Shown piece by piece: positions 9,761-18,442 of a stretch of 40,889 nucleotides of DNA. The position numbers and the translations under genes were made by a program. This stretch comes from Chamaesiphon sp. OTE_78_metabat_374. Lineage in GTDB: Bacteria; Cyanobacteriota; Cyanobacteriia; Cyanobacteriales; Chamaesiphonaceae. Every line of letters starts with the position of its first letter. Position 1 is the stretch's first letter. Below the pieces are notes generated by a model. The model made no database searches and was not told where the DNA came from. It saw nothing but the letters and a program-made list of their open reading frames with translations. Location of the stretch: the NCBI GenBank assembly GCA_031385105.1, contig JANNBD010000221.1:1-40889 (forward strand), written 5' to 3'.

Positions 9761-10615
9761 TTACTCGTTTACTACTTTCACTGTAGTACCGATTTTAACT
9801 AGTGGGAATAGTGCTTTAACATCTTTGTCATACATCCGTACGCACCCAGAAGAGACAGCTTTACCAACGGATTTGACATCTGGTGTGCCGTGGAAACCGA
9901 TCGTATCTTTTCCATCAGTCCAGAAGCCAATCCAGCGTTCGCCCAGCGGGTTTTTCTTGCCAGGAGCAATAAATGAACCGTTCTTAAAGCTAGTCCAGCC
10001 TGGATTCGTGATCTTTTCCATCACATACCATTCGCCTGTTGGTGTTTCCCAACCTTTTTTGCCAATCGCTACCGGATAGTTGGCAATGGCTTTACCGTCT
10101 TTATAGACGTATACTTTTTTTTCTTTGAGCTTGAGCGTCAGACTGATCTGTTCTGCTGTCGGTGGCTGAGTGGTTGCTGCGACACCAGGCTTGACTGGGG
10201 CAGTTGGAGTAGGAGCCGGAGTGCCAGTACCAGTAACTGACTTACTAGGAGTAGGGGCTGCGGTGTTGATAACTGGCTTACCAGGAACAGCAATTGCGGG
10301 AGTTGCCGTATTAGTAACTGGTTTGCCAGGAGCAGCAATTGTCGGGATTGCCGTATTAGTAACTGGTTTACCAGGAACTACAACACTTGCACCAGTGGAT
10401 GGTTTAACCATTTCTGGTACCACGGCTGGACGAGTCTCGGCTGTCTTGGGCAGGGAATCAGTTCCAGTCACGGCTGGTAATCCTTTTGCTGGCAAGGGGC
10501 TTGTGACTGTTGCGGGTGGCTTAGTTTCGGAGTGAAGTTTAGTCGGAGTCATCGCTAGTGTAGTCACAAGCAATAATCCGGCTGTAGATAGCAGTGAGGT
10601 TGAAAGTTTGGACAT
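9761..10615 (-). CDS. L,D-transpeptidase (YkuD family) with a Pro/Thr-rich linker
   Basis: Signal peptide, YPVAIGK..WETPTG, NPLGERWIGF and IGFHGT...S.GCVRM. Confidence 0.92.
   Translation of the reverse strand: MSKLSTSLLSTAGLLLVTTLAMTPTKLHSETKPPATVTSPLPAKGLPAVTGTDSLPKTAETRPAVVPEMVKPSTGASVVVPGKPVTNTAIPTIAAPGKPVTNTATPAIAVPGKPVINTAAPTPSKSVTGTGTPAPTPTAPVKPGVAATTQPPTAEQISLTLKLKEKKVYVYKDGKAIANYPVAIGKKGWETPTGEWYVMEKITNPGWTSFKNGSFIAPGKKNPLGERWIGFWTDGKDTIGFHGTPDVKSVGKAVSSGCVRMYDKDVKALFPLVKIGTTVKVVNE
10241..10375 (-). repeat. three 45-nt in-frame tandem repeats (PGKPVxNTAxP...)
   Basis: Units PGKPVTNTAIPTIAA, PGKPVTNTATPAIAV and PGKPVINTAAPTPSK with 45-nt DNA periodicity. Confidence 0.85.
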
Positions 10616-10701
10616 TGTTAAAATTGTCTAGCTTTAGTTTTGAGTTGGAGTACAACTACTGTCATAGTTATATTACCCAGTTGAATTGTCATCCTTTACA
10701 C

Positions 10702-11865
10702 TCAATTATCAGAAAGTTTTGAGATGGCATTGATGGCATACAGCTTGACTCGATCGACTGGATCGTCAAGTAGCCGAACTAGATCTGGGACAATCGCCCG
10801 ATTGCCTAAGTTCCCTAGTGCTGTAGCTATTTCTTGCCTGATGATCGTAGCAGATGGAGCCAACATCTGTAAGTGATTGGCCAGGACTTGACTAGCATAG
10901 ACGCGCTCTTGCTCTGTTTTGCCGATCGCGATCGCAATTTCTGGAGCTAAACTAGGAGCGACAAGTGGGAAAGCCGTCATCAGACTATCGATCGCAGGTA
11001 TAGTGCCAATCCATCCCAATGCGAGGATAACTGAAGATTGCAGTTCCGTCGGTGTCTGCGGAGATAATAATACTGCTGTCAAAGCTTCGATGTTTAGACG
11101 ATCGGCTAATCGAGCTAAACCTAGTGCAGTTGCTTGACAGACAGCTAAATTGAGATCGAATAATAACGGGCGCAAATGTTGGCTTAAATCTAATTCAGCC
11201 GCGATGTCGCTGCGGAGAGAGAGCGCAGTTACTGCGGCTTTACGCACAGTTGGGGCTAGATCGGTGAGCTTGGTAATTAGCAGGGGTGGAATGCGCGGAT
11301 CGTGAAAGCTGCCTAGTGCTTCGATAGCTAGGCTCCGAAGCTGTGAATCTGGATCGTCGATGACTTGAATTAATGGCTCGATCGTTTTGGAATGACGAAT
11401 TTGAGCGAGGATGGTGACGGCAGTATTTCGAGTTGGTGTGGCTAAAAGATCTGTTAATGCTGAGATTGCGGGGACACCAATTTTAGTCAGCGCGCTGGTA
11501 GCAATTTCGGTTAGTTCATGATCTTCTTGCTGCTGAATTAATTCGATCAGGGCGGTGACTACTTGGGGCTGGTGAAACTCCCCTAAAATCCTGGCTAAAA
11601 CCCACCGATCTTCTAAATCGATGTCAATATCATTGAGTAGATCTAGGAGTGGTTGGATGGCAATATTACCCAGCTTGGGGATGATTTTGGCGATCTCCCA
11701 CTGCTGATCAAAATCAGCTTGGATTAGGATTTGGAGGGCAATATCTAGAACTATTTCGTTGCCAGTGATTTGGTCGATCGATAGCTGTTGAAGGTGATCG
11801 ATGGCATCTGACCAGTTTCCTTTGTCTGCTGAGGCTTTGGCACGATCGAGCGGGGATGCTGCCAT
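10702..11865 (-). CDS. HEAT-repeat (PBS-lyase-like) protein
   Basis: Repeated L..L.D....VR..A..ALG units. Confidence 0.85.
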   Translation of the reverse strand: MAASPLDRAKASADKGNWSDAIDHLQQLSIDQITGNEIVLDIALQILIQADFDQQWEIAKIIPKLGNIAIQPLLDLLNDIDIDLEDRWVLARILGEFHQPQVVTALIELIQQQEDHELTEIATSALTKIGVPAISALTDLLATPTRNTAVTILAQIRHSKTIEPLIQVIDDPDSQLRSLAIEALGSFHDPRIPPLLITKLTDLAPTVRKAAVTALSLRSDIAAELDLSQHLRPLLFDLNLAVCQATALGLARLADRLNIEALTAVLLSPQTPTELQSSVILALGWIGTIPAIDSLMTAFPLVAPSLAPEIAIAIGKTEQERVYASQVLANHLQMLAPSATIIRQEIATALGNLGNRAIVPDLVRLLDDPVDRVKLYAINAISKLSDN

Positions 11866-11898
11866 GTTTGTGATGTTTGAATGCTGCGGAGATCTTTA

Positions 11899-11935
11899 CC
11901 CCACCCTAGCCCTCCCCTTTCCAAGGGGAGGGGAC
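11899..11935. repeat. short dispersed palindromic repeat
   Basis: CCCCACCCTAG followed by the hairpin CCCTCCCCTT-TCC-AAGGGGAGGG, between mraY and the HEAT gene. Confidence 0.65.
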
Positions 11936-11949
11936 AAGAGAATCGAGGT

Positions 11950-13038
11950 TTATTTTGTGGCTAATGCAATCAGTACCAAGATTGAAGCAATCGCGTAAAA
12001 CATGCCGACTACTTGGGTTTCTGTCCAGCCGCTCAATTCTAAATGGTGGTGGATGGGAGCCATTTTGAATAATCGCTTACCCTTGCCATCAGAGTCTTTG
12101 GTGGCTTTGTAATAACCAACTTGGAGGGTGACAGAGAGGGCTTCGATCGCAAAGATCCCGCTGATAATTAATAATGGCCAAATATTCTCAGTGAGAATCC
12201 CGACAGCAGCCAAAGCACCGCCCAAGGCGAGGGAACCTGTGTCACCCATGAACACCTTTGCTTTATTGCGATTGTGGATCACAAAGCCCAGATAGGCACC
12301 GCTGAGACAGATACAGAAGACCGCTAGTTGAGGCTCTTTGGGGAAAATAACCGCTGCTAAACCTGCCAAGGCAATCGCTCCAGTACCGCCAGCCAAGCCA
12401 TCTACACCATCAGTCAGATTGGTAGCATTGCTCTCTGCAAGTAATGTAAATACAGCTAGTGCCCAGAACAGCAAGCCCAATGGCAAAACTAGATTGAACG
12501 GTAAATGAACATTAGTAATGGCAGTGCCCCTACTGTAGAATGCCCAGCCACAAAAAGCGATCGCAATCCCAGTTTGTAATGCTAGCTTACCTTTGGGGGT
12601 CAGACCTTCGTTTTGACCATTGCTCAAACTTTTCCAGTCATCTACACCGCCGATCGCCAAATAGCCTAAACTAGCGATAGCTACGGCGATCGCATCGGGA
12701 TTAAACTGCGAGCTAATAATTCCCAGCAGTACGCCTACAGGTACGACAAAAACGCCGCCCATCGTTGGCGTTCCGGCCTTTTTGAGATGTGATTGGGGGC
12801 CATCCTCGCGAATGAACTGCCCCATTTTCAACTGCTTGAGCATCGGGATGACTCGATAGCCGATCGTCCCCACCATCATGGTGGACACCAAAAATGGTAT
12901 CAGTAAGGATGCTCTGAGGCTACTTCCATTTTGCCAATCAAGCCAGATAATCGATCCAGTCAGGATTGCTCCTAGCAGAATCAGTAATCCAGTCCCAGTC
13001 GGATTCAAGCCCTTGACAGACGCTGATTGACCCTCCAT
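11950..13038 (-). CDS. mraY: phospho-N-acetylmuramoyl-pentapeptide transferase
   Basis: KAGTPTMGG, NATNLTDGVDGLA, VFMGDTGSLALG and MAPIHHHLE. Confidence 0.97.
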   Translation of the reverse strand: MEGQSASVKGLNPTGTGLLILLGAILTGSIIWLDWQNGSSLRASLLIPFLVSTMMVGTIGYRVIPMLKQLKMGQFIREDGPQSHLKKAGTPTMGGVFVVPVGVLLGIISSQFNPDAIAVAIASLGYLAIGGVDDWKSLSNGQNEGLTPKGKLALQTGIAIAFCGWAFYSRGTAITNVHLPFNLVLPLGLLFWALAVFTLLAESNATNLTDGVDGLAGGTGAIALAGLAAVIFPKEPQLAVFCICLSGAYLGFVIHNRNKAKVFMGDTGSLALGGALAAVGILTENIWPLLIISGIFAIEALSVTLQVGYYKATKDSDGKGKRLFKMAPIHHHLELSGWTETQVVGMFYAIASILVLIALATK

Positions 13039-13121
13039 CTATTTCCTCCTGGCTAATTTCATCACTACTTCCATTTTCATCACTAGTTCCATCTGCGAAT
13101 TAATTGTGGTGATTTGAGGAT

Positions 13122-13406
13122 CTAGTCGTCGTCGCTATCATCAGAATCGTCGCTTTCTTCTTCCTGGTAGCTGTTGTCGTCTTCAAATAATTCTTCTTCT
13201 AGATTTGGTTGATCTAGGGCTGAGACTGCTGGATCCCGTTCGTCTCGATCGATTAATCTCCCCTGTGATTCCAACCACTCTAGAATGGAGGTATTCCGCT
13301 GAACTGCGATCACTGGTGCTGGTTCAAACCGATTTTGTTGTTTCAACGCTGGATTGACAAATGCGTCCAGAGCATCAAGATCGAGGGTATCGAGGTTATT
13401 AGACAT
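13122..13406 (-). CDS. DUF3134-like cyanobacterial protein
   Basis: NPAL....R.EPA.VI.....SILEWLE..GRL pattern with an acidic tail, upstream of mraY. Confidence 0.7.
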   Translation of the reverse strand: MSNNLDTLDLDALDAFVNPALKQQNRFEPAPVIAVQRNTSILEWLESQGRLIDRDERDPAVSALDQPNLEEELFEDDNSYQEEESDDSDDSDDD

Positions 13407-13551
13407 AGTGAATCAATTAAGCTTGCAAGTTCTCATAGTTTATCACTAGACTTCCTTCAAAAGTGAGGGGATCGGGGATAGAGCGTATTTTGAAATAAAC
13501 AACACCAAACGTCACAATTTTTCACTGCCAAATCATCGATGAGGAATTTTT

Positions 13552-14145
13552 ATGCTTAAAGCTCAACTACTCGCAGAGATCGCCACCAAAGATCGCGGTA
13601 TTCTGGCAACGCAAACGGACAAGCAAGCGATTCTCGCGACAGTTACAGCATTGGAGTTGCGAAATCCCCATCCCCGCCCACTGACAACAGCGATCGATCT
13701 CCTCGCTGGCGATTGGCGATTGCTCTATACCAGTAGCCAAAGTTTATTGGGAATCGATAAGTTTCCCCTAGTCAAACTCGGTACGATTTATCAGTGTCTG
13801 CGACCAACAACGAGTGCTGTTTATAATATCGCTGAAGTTAGCAGTATCATCCCTGGACTAAATGGAATTGTGTCGATCGTGGCGAAGTTCACACCAACTA
13901 GTGAATCAAGGGTAAATGTCGAATTTAATCGATCGGTAATTGGCTTACAAAAGCTAATTGATTATTCAACCCCCGACAGACTAATTACTGCCATTGAAAA
14001 CGGTCAGAAATTCACTGCGATCGATCTGCCAATCAATCGAAAAGAGGGCAGAGCACCCGCATGGCTCGAAGTCACCTACATCGACGAATCCCTACGAATC
14101 AGTCGTGGTAACGAAGGCAGCATCTTTGTTTTAACGAGAGCCTAA
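13552..14145 (+). CDS. PAP/fibrillin family protein
   Basis: LE..NP.P.P, L.GDWRLLYTS and WLEVTYIDE.LRISRGNEGSIFVL. Confidence 0.92.
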   Translation: MLKAQLLAEIATKDRGILATQTDKQAILATVTALELRNPHPRPLTTAIDLLAGDWRLLYTSSQSLLGIDKFPLVKLGTIYQCLRPTTSAVYNIAEVSSIIPGLNGIVSIVAKFTPTSESRVNVEFNRSVIGLQKLIDYSTPDRLITAIENGQKFTAIDLPINRKEGRAPAWLEVTYIDESLRISRGNEGSIFVLTRA

Positions 14146-14150
14146 ATAAT

Positions 14151-14178
14151 TAGTGGATAGTGAATAGTGAATAGTGAA
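14151..14178 (+). repeat. heptamer tandem repeat, TAGTGAA x4 (STRR-type)
   Basis: TAGTGGA TAGTGAA TAGTGAA TAGTGAA. Confidence 0.85.
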
Positions 14179-14245
14179 TCGCAGTACTTGAAAAGCGTTG
14201 TTTTTGTTGATTTGGTAAATTTATGATTTCTGAAGCCTAATCTTT

Positions 14246-15025
14246 GTGTTGCGAATATCTCAACGACATCTGACCATTCTCGAAAAGTGCCCGCGTCAGT
14301 TCGAGCATACTTATTTCGATCGATTAAATCTGCCAATTAATCCAGCACAGCAAGTCAAAACTCAGTTGGGCAGTGACTTTCACCTATTGATGCACCAGCG
14401 AGAATTGGGATTGCCGATCGAGCCAATTTTAGCGCGTTCGCCTCAACTAAATACCTGGATGCAAGCGATGCTCCAGACAGCACCTGCCCTATTTGAGTCA
14501 GATCCGCAAACCTGGCGAGAAAGTGAACAGGTGCGGACGTTAGAATTTGGTGATTACCTATTCACTGCCATCTATGATTTGGTAATCCTACACCCAGATC
14601 GCGCAGATATTATTGATTGGAAAACTTATCCACTGCCCAAATACAAAAAAGATCTAGATGCAGAATGGCAAACGCGACTCTATTTGTACATACTTGCGGA
14701 AACTAGCGATTATGTCCCCAAGCAAATTGCTTTTAGCTATTGGTTTATCCAGTCCACGCCCCAGCCCAAATCGGTCAAGATTAGTTATACGCTCAAGCAA
14801 CATAATCAAACTAAAACAGATCTGCTGGAACTATTAGCTAAACTCACCGACTACCTCGACGCTTACCAGCACCTGCGGGAACCTTTCCCCCAAGTCGCTG
14901 CGTCCAAGGGTTTGTGCGATCGATGTAATTTTGCGGCTCGATGTAGCCGTAGAGATTTAGATTTCGCATCTATTGATACATTCACCAGTCACGATCTCAA
15001 TCTGATTCCGATGATCCCGATTTAA
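14246..15025 (+). CDS. PD-(D/E)XK nuclease with a probable Fe-S cluster (RecB/AddB-like, stand-alone)
   Basis: N-terminal CPR, G..FH, YDL...IIDWKT, Q..LY, and C-terminal CDRC.....C. Confidence 0.85.
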   Translation: MLRISQRHLTILEKCPRQFEHTYFDRLNLPINPAQQVKTQLGSDFHLLMHQRELGLPIEPILARSPQLNTWMQAMLQTAPALFESDPQTWRESEQVRTLEFGDYLFTAIYDLVILHPDRADIIDWKTYPLPKYKKDLDAEWQTRLYLYILAETSDYVPKQIAFSYWFIQSTPQPKSVKISYTLKQHNQTKTDLLELLAKLTDYLDAYQHLREPFPQVAASKGLCDRCNFAARCSRRDLDFASIDTFTSHDLNLIPMIPI

Positions 15026-15302
15026 TTGAGTCGATGGGGCAACCAGATCGATGACAATTTTGATTCCAGTGATTAGAATTGTCCATACAGAGATTAACCA
15101 AGCAAGTTATTTAAAATACTTTAAGTTACAGTTTAATAAGTTTTTTGACGTGTCTTAAAGTAAAAAGTAACATAGAGAGCACAAACTAAGGCGATCGAGT
15201 TAAATTAACTAGATAAGTTATTCAGCTCTGCCTCAATCAGCTAAGTCTGGCGATCATCAACAGCTCAAGTAACCACCTCCAAGCACTGGCATTATCTTCA
15301 CT

Positions 15303-16577
15303 ATGATTCAACCATCTACAGCTCGATCTATTTGGCAACAAAAATTAGCTCTCCGTGGAGCCATGTTTACCGGAGCAGTTCTGGCAACATTGTTCCCCAT
15401 TTCTGTCAATGCTGCTGCTACAACCTTTAAAGATAGCCCCAAGGCAGTGGTAGACGAGGTTTGGCAGATCGTCAATCGAGAATATGTAGATGGGACATTC
15501 AATCGGTTGGACTGGCAAAAAACTCGTACAGAGCTACTCAAACGCAACTATGGCAGTCGTCAGGAGGCACATGTTGCCATTCGATCGATCCTGCGAAAAT
15601 TGGGCGATCCTTACACCCGCTTTATGGATCCCCAGCAGTTTCAATCCCTGAATAATCAAACCAGTGGTGAAATGTCTGGTGTGGGGATTAAATTAGAAGC
15701 CAACCCCCGTACAAAACAACTGGTTGTTGCTGAAGCGATCGAGAATTCCCCCGCATTTAAAGCTGGAATCAAGGCTGGCGATGCGATTGTGGCGATCGAT
15801 GGCAAATCGACTCAGAACATGACTCTCGATGGAGCCATTAGTCTGATTCGGGGCGAAATTGGCAAATCGATTACGCTCAAAATCGCCCGTGGTGGCAAGC
15901 TTCCATTCGATATTCCGCTCACCCGCGCCCAAATCGAAGTAGCTTCGGTATTTTCAGAACTAAAACAAGAAGGTAAACTGAAAGTCGGTTATATCCGCCT
16001 CTCTGAATTTAGCTCCCACTCTGCCGAGCAGATGGAAAAAGCGATCAAGGCTCTCAATCGTCAGCAGGTGAACGCCTATGTGCTAGATATGCGCGGCAAT
16101 CCAGGTGGACTGCTCCAAGCCAGCGTCGAAATTGCGCGGATGTGGATGGACAACGGCACGATCGTTAAAACAGTCGATCGTAAAGGCGGTAACGAAGATT
16201 TTCGGGCGGTGCAGGGTGCTCTAACTCAGCTACCAATGGCTGTCCTAGTCGATGGTAACTCCGCCAGTGCTAGTGAGATTCTCGCTGGCGCACTCAAAGA
16301 CAACCGCCGCGCTCAAATTATCGGTGCTCAGACATTTGGTAAAGCTCTAGTGCAGTCTGTCCACTCGCTCTCCGATGGTTCGGGAATGGCGGTGACAGTC
16401 GCTCATTACTATACTCCCAATGGCACCGATATCGGGCACAAAGGTGTGACACCAGATATTAAGATAGATCTCAGCAGTACAGATCAGCGCAACCTCTCGG
16501 AGTCACCAGCCTTGATGGGCAGCAAGCAAGATCCCCAGTATCAACGGGCAATCTCGGTATTGCAAGCTCGTCGTTAG
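15303..16577 (+). CDS. ctpB: carboxyl-terminal processing protease (S41), CtpB-like
   Basis: DPYTRF, a PDZ domain (GVGI), DMRGNPGG, SASASEILAGAL and TFGK. The paralog assignment rests on the KDSPKAVVDEVWQ N-terminus and is less certain. Confidence 0.85.
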   Translation: MIQPSTARSIWQQKLALRGAMFTGAVLATLFPISVNAAATTFKDSPKAVVDEVWQIVNREYVDGTFNRLDWQKTRTELLKRNYGSRQEAHVAIRSILRKLGDPYTRFMDPQQFQSLNNQTSGEMSGVGIKLEANPRTKQLVVAEAIENSPAFKAGIKAGDAIVAIDGKSTQNMTLDGAISLIRGEIGKSITLKIARGGKLPFDIPLTRAQIEVASVFSELKQEGKLKVGYIRLSEFSSHSAEQMEKAIKALNRQQVNAYVLDMRGNPGGLLQASVEIARMWMDNGTIVKTVDRKGGNEDFRAVQGALTQLPMAVLVDGNSASASEILAGALKDNRRAQIIGAQTFGKALVQSVHSLSDGSGMAVTVAHYYTPNGTDIGHKGVTPDIKIDLSSTDQRNLSESPALMGSKQDPQYQRAISVLQARR

Positions 16578-16586
16578 GATTAACTT

Positions 16587-16917
16587 CAGCGGTTAAAACC
16601 GCTGCTAGTGGTGCAAAGTCCGCCAACGCGGACTGAGAGCAATAGCCAAGATTATTTAGTCCGAGTAGGCGCAATACGGTTCGGTTAACCTAATTTCTCG
16701 GATTGGATTAGTCCGCGCAGGCGGACTTTGCATCACTAGCGGCGACTACCCTGCGGGAACGCTTCTGCGCAGGCAGACGCTTCGCGAACGCGAACAGTCG
16801 CTGGCTAACCGAACCGTATTGCGAGTAGGCGGACTTCTCGTCATGAGCCACAGAACGCCAGAGGCGAGGCTACGCCAACGCAGAGCGTATCCGTCAGGAT
16901 GGTTTCAATCGTAGGCG
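16587..16917. repeat. composite palindromic repeat region (host element of the MITE)
   Basis: CAGCGGTTAAAACCGCTG hairpin and AGTCCG..N..CGGACT hairpins in inverted arrangement. 16601-16634 is an imperfect inverted copy of 16710-16743. Confidence 0.75.
16672..16821. mobile_element. 150-bp MITE (Nezha-like)
   Basis: Perfect 16-bp TIRs CAATACGGTTCGGTTA (16672-16687) and TAACCGAACCGTATTG (16806-16821). Perfect 10-bp target duplication CGAGTAGGCG at 16662-16671 and 16822-16831. Confidence 0.92.
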
Positions 16918-16940
16918 TTCTATTCGGAGCAACTTAAATT

Positions 16941-16976
16941 AAAAAAGAAGCGATCTATATAGATCGCTTCTTTTTT
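16941..16976. terminator. perfect 36-bp palindrome, bidirectional terminator-like
   Basis: AAAAAAGAAGCGATCTAT|ATAGATCGCTTCTTTTTT. Confidence 0.8.
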
Positions 16977-17006
16977 GTGCATAAAATCTAGTAGTCATCT
17001 CAATCA

Positions 17007-18392
17007 ATGAAATTAGAGCCAAACGATGCCAAATCTATGACCATCAATCCTTTAAGTATATTTTATCGATCGATCGACAAGTGGCAACTACATTCATCTG
17101 GCTCCGTTCATATTTCATGGAAGTGTGATCCAGCGGCAGTACTGACGATCTGTCAAGCTGGGAATTTGGATATTGCGGGCGTAGCTAGATCGAATCTCGA
17201 TCTGGTGAATACTTATTTCGATCGAGTATTGAATATCGATGAATTGGGCGAATCACAATCCGCTCCAGAATTGATTACTATGATCGTTGATAATTTATAT
17301 CGTTGGCGGAAAGCCCGTTCCAACGGAGAATCGACATTAACTCAATCTACGCTCAATAGCGATAATTGCTGGTTTAATTGGATTGCGGCGATGAATATTA
17401 AAGCAGCCTGTCACATTTGGCGAAAAATTCCTAGTTCACAACAGTCAGCAGAACTATTTGAACGATTGATCACACCGACATTGAGTGTTCAAGATCTCTT
17501 CAAGGGGTTTGATGCTCAGTATCAACCGAATTTATTCGTTGGTTTGCAGAGCTGGACTTATCAGGTGGTGAGATATCATACCTACACAGATTTAAGGTCA
17601 AATGGCCATCCTTATTTTGGTTTATCAAATCTGGGAATTGTTGCTAGATCGAGTTATCGACAAATGCGGACGGCTTTAACCGCCAATATTGTACCAGCTC
17701 AATTGGAATTAGATGTTTCAATCTGCAAGGTATTTAAGAACTATTTAGATCGATCGAAGATCGGTGCAAATCAGCTAGGATCGAGCGACTGGCAGGAAAT
17801 TCTAACAGCAGTACAAGCAATAGCTATTGATATCAAAATCGAAGAATTGGGTAGTCGGATCGATCGAGTTGGGAGTTTGATTCGGGCTGCGGCTAGTCCT
17901 GTGGTGCATAGCTACGACGATCAATCTCGATCGATTTCGATCGATCGGTATGCTAGTTTACCATCACCAGACATCGACGAATCAGCCCAGATCTTCGGAC
18001 AGTTATTTGCCATCATCGATCGATTTATCAATAGTTTACCTGCGGAATCTCAAAAAATTGTGATGTTGTACCATCATCAACATCTGAAGCAAAAAGATGT
18101 CGCTGCCCTAATTGCCCAGGATCGATTTGCGCTGACGAAGAGTAAAGATGGCGAAGTATCTAGATCCTGGACAGAACTTAGTCCCGCCGAAATTACTAAG
18201 CTAACAAATAATTATCAAACCAAAGTATCCCGAAAGCTAGGTGATATCTATCTAGATTTACTCGACAACATTTATACTCAAATCTCCCACCCTGAGGGCA
18301 AAACAGCCGATCCCAACAGCTTGGCGATCGAATCTGTCAAGCAGCTATTAGAGCAATACCTGAGACAAATTAACTCTCCCCGCATCACATAA
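17007..18392 (+). CDS. divergent sigma-70-like protein (region-4 HTH at C-terminus)
   Basis: C-terminal INSLP.ESQKIVMLYH...LKQKDVA...QTKVSRKL resembles sigma region 4, and there is an N-terminal W..DP motif. It lies directly upstream of a DUF1822 gene, a recurrent cyanobacterial pairing. Confidence 0.68.
   Translation: MKLEPNDAKSMTINPLSIFYRSIDKWQLHSSGSVHISWKCDPAAVLTICQAGNLDIAGVARSNLDLVNTYFDRVLNIDELGESQSAPELITMIVDNLYRWRKARSNGESTLTQSTLNSDNCWFNWIAAMNIKAACHIWRKIPSSQQSAELFERLITPTLSVQDLFKGFDAQYQPNLFVGLQSWTYQVVRYHTYTDLRSNGHPYFGLSNLGIVARSSYRQMRTALTANIVPAQLELDVSICKVFKNYLDRSKIGANQLGSSDWQEILTAVQAIAIDIKIEELGSRIDRVGSLIRAAASPVVHSYDDQSRSISIDRYASLPSPDIDESAQIFGQLFAIIDRFINSLPAESQKIVMLYHHQHLKQKDVAALIAQDRFALTKSKDGEVSRSWTELSPAEITKLTNNYQTKVSRKLGDIYLDLLDNIYTQISHPEGKTADPNSLAIESVKQLLEQYLRQINSPRIT
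17303..17329 (+). repeat. 27-nt in-frame SDR5-like insertion in the sigma-like gene
   Basis: TTGGCGGAAAGCCCGTTCCAACGGAGA between CG and ATCG; removal restores TCGATCGA. Confidence 0.75.
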
Positions 18393-18442
18393 GCTCGATC
18401 GTTTCACGCAAGTATTTAGTAGCCCAAATCAAACTATTTTTT

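Noticed and set aside
9830-9900. SSGC instead of SHGC suggesting an inactive L,D-transpeptidase
   Set aside because: The catalytic His (FHGT) and Cys are both present; the changed residue is not the catalytic base.
9825-10535. Plus-strand ORFs antisense to the L,D-transpeptidase, and similar shadow ORFs within glgB, nrdJ and the M16 peptidase
   Set aside because: They are fully overlapped by well-supported genes and have no recognisable motifs.
14246-15025. Cas4 / CRISPR-associated nuclease
   Set aside because: The four-Cys PD-(D/E)XK pattern is Cas4-like, but no other cas gene or repeat-spacer array is in the window. Treated as a stand-alone RecB-family nuclease.
16587-16917. CRISPR array or ncRNA gene
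   Set aside because: The repeats are inverted and nested, not regularly spaced direct repeats. A MITE plus palindromic repeats explains the region.
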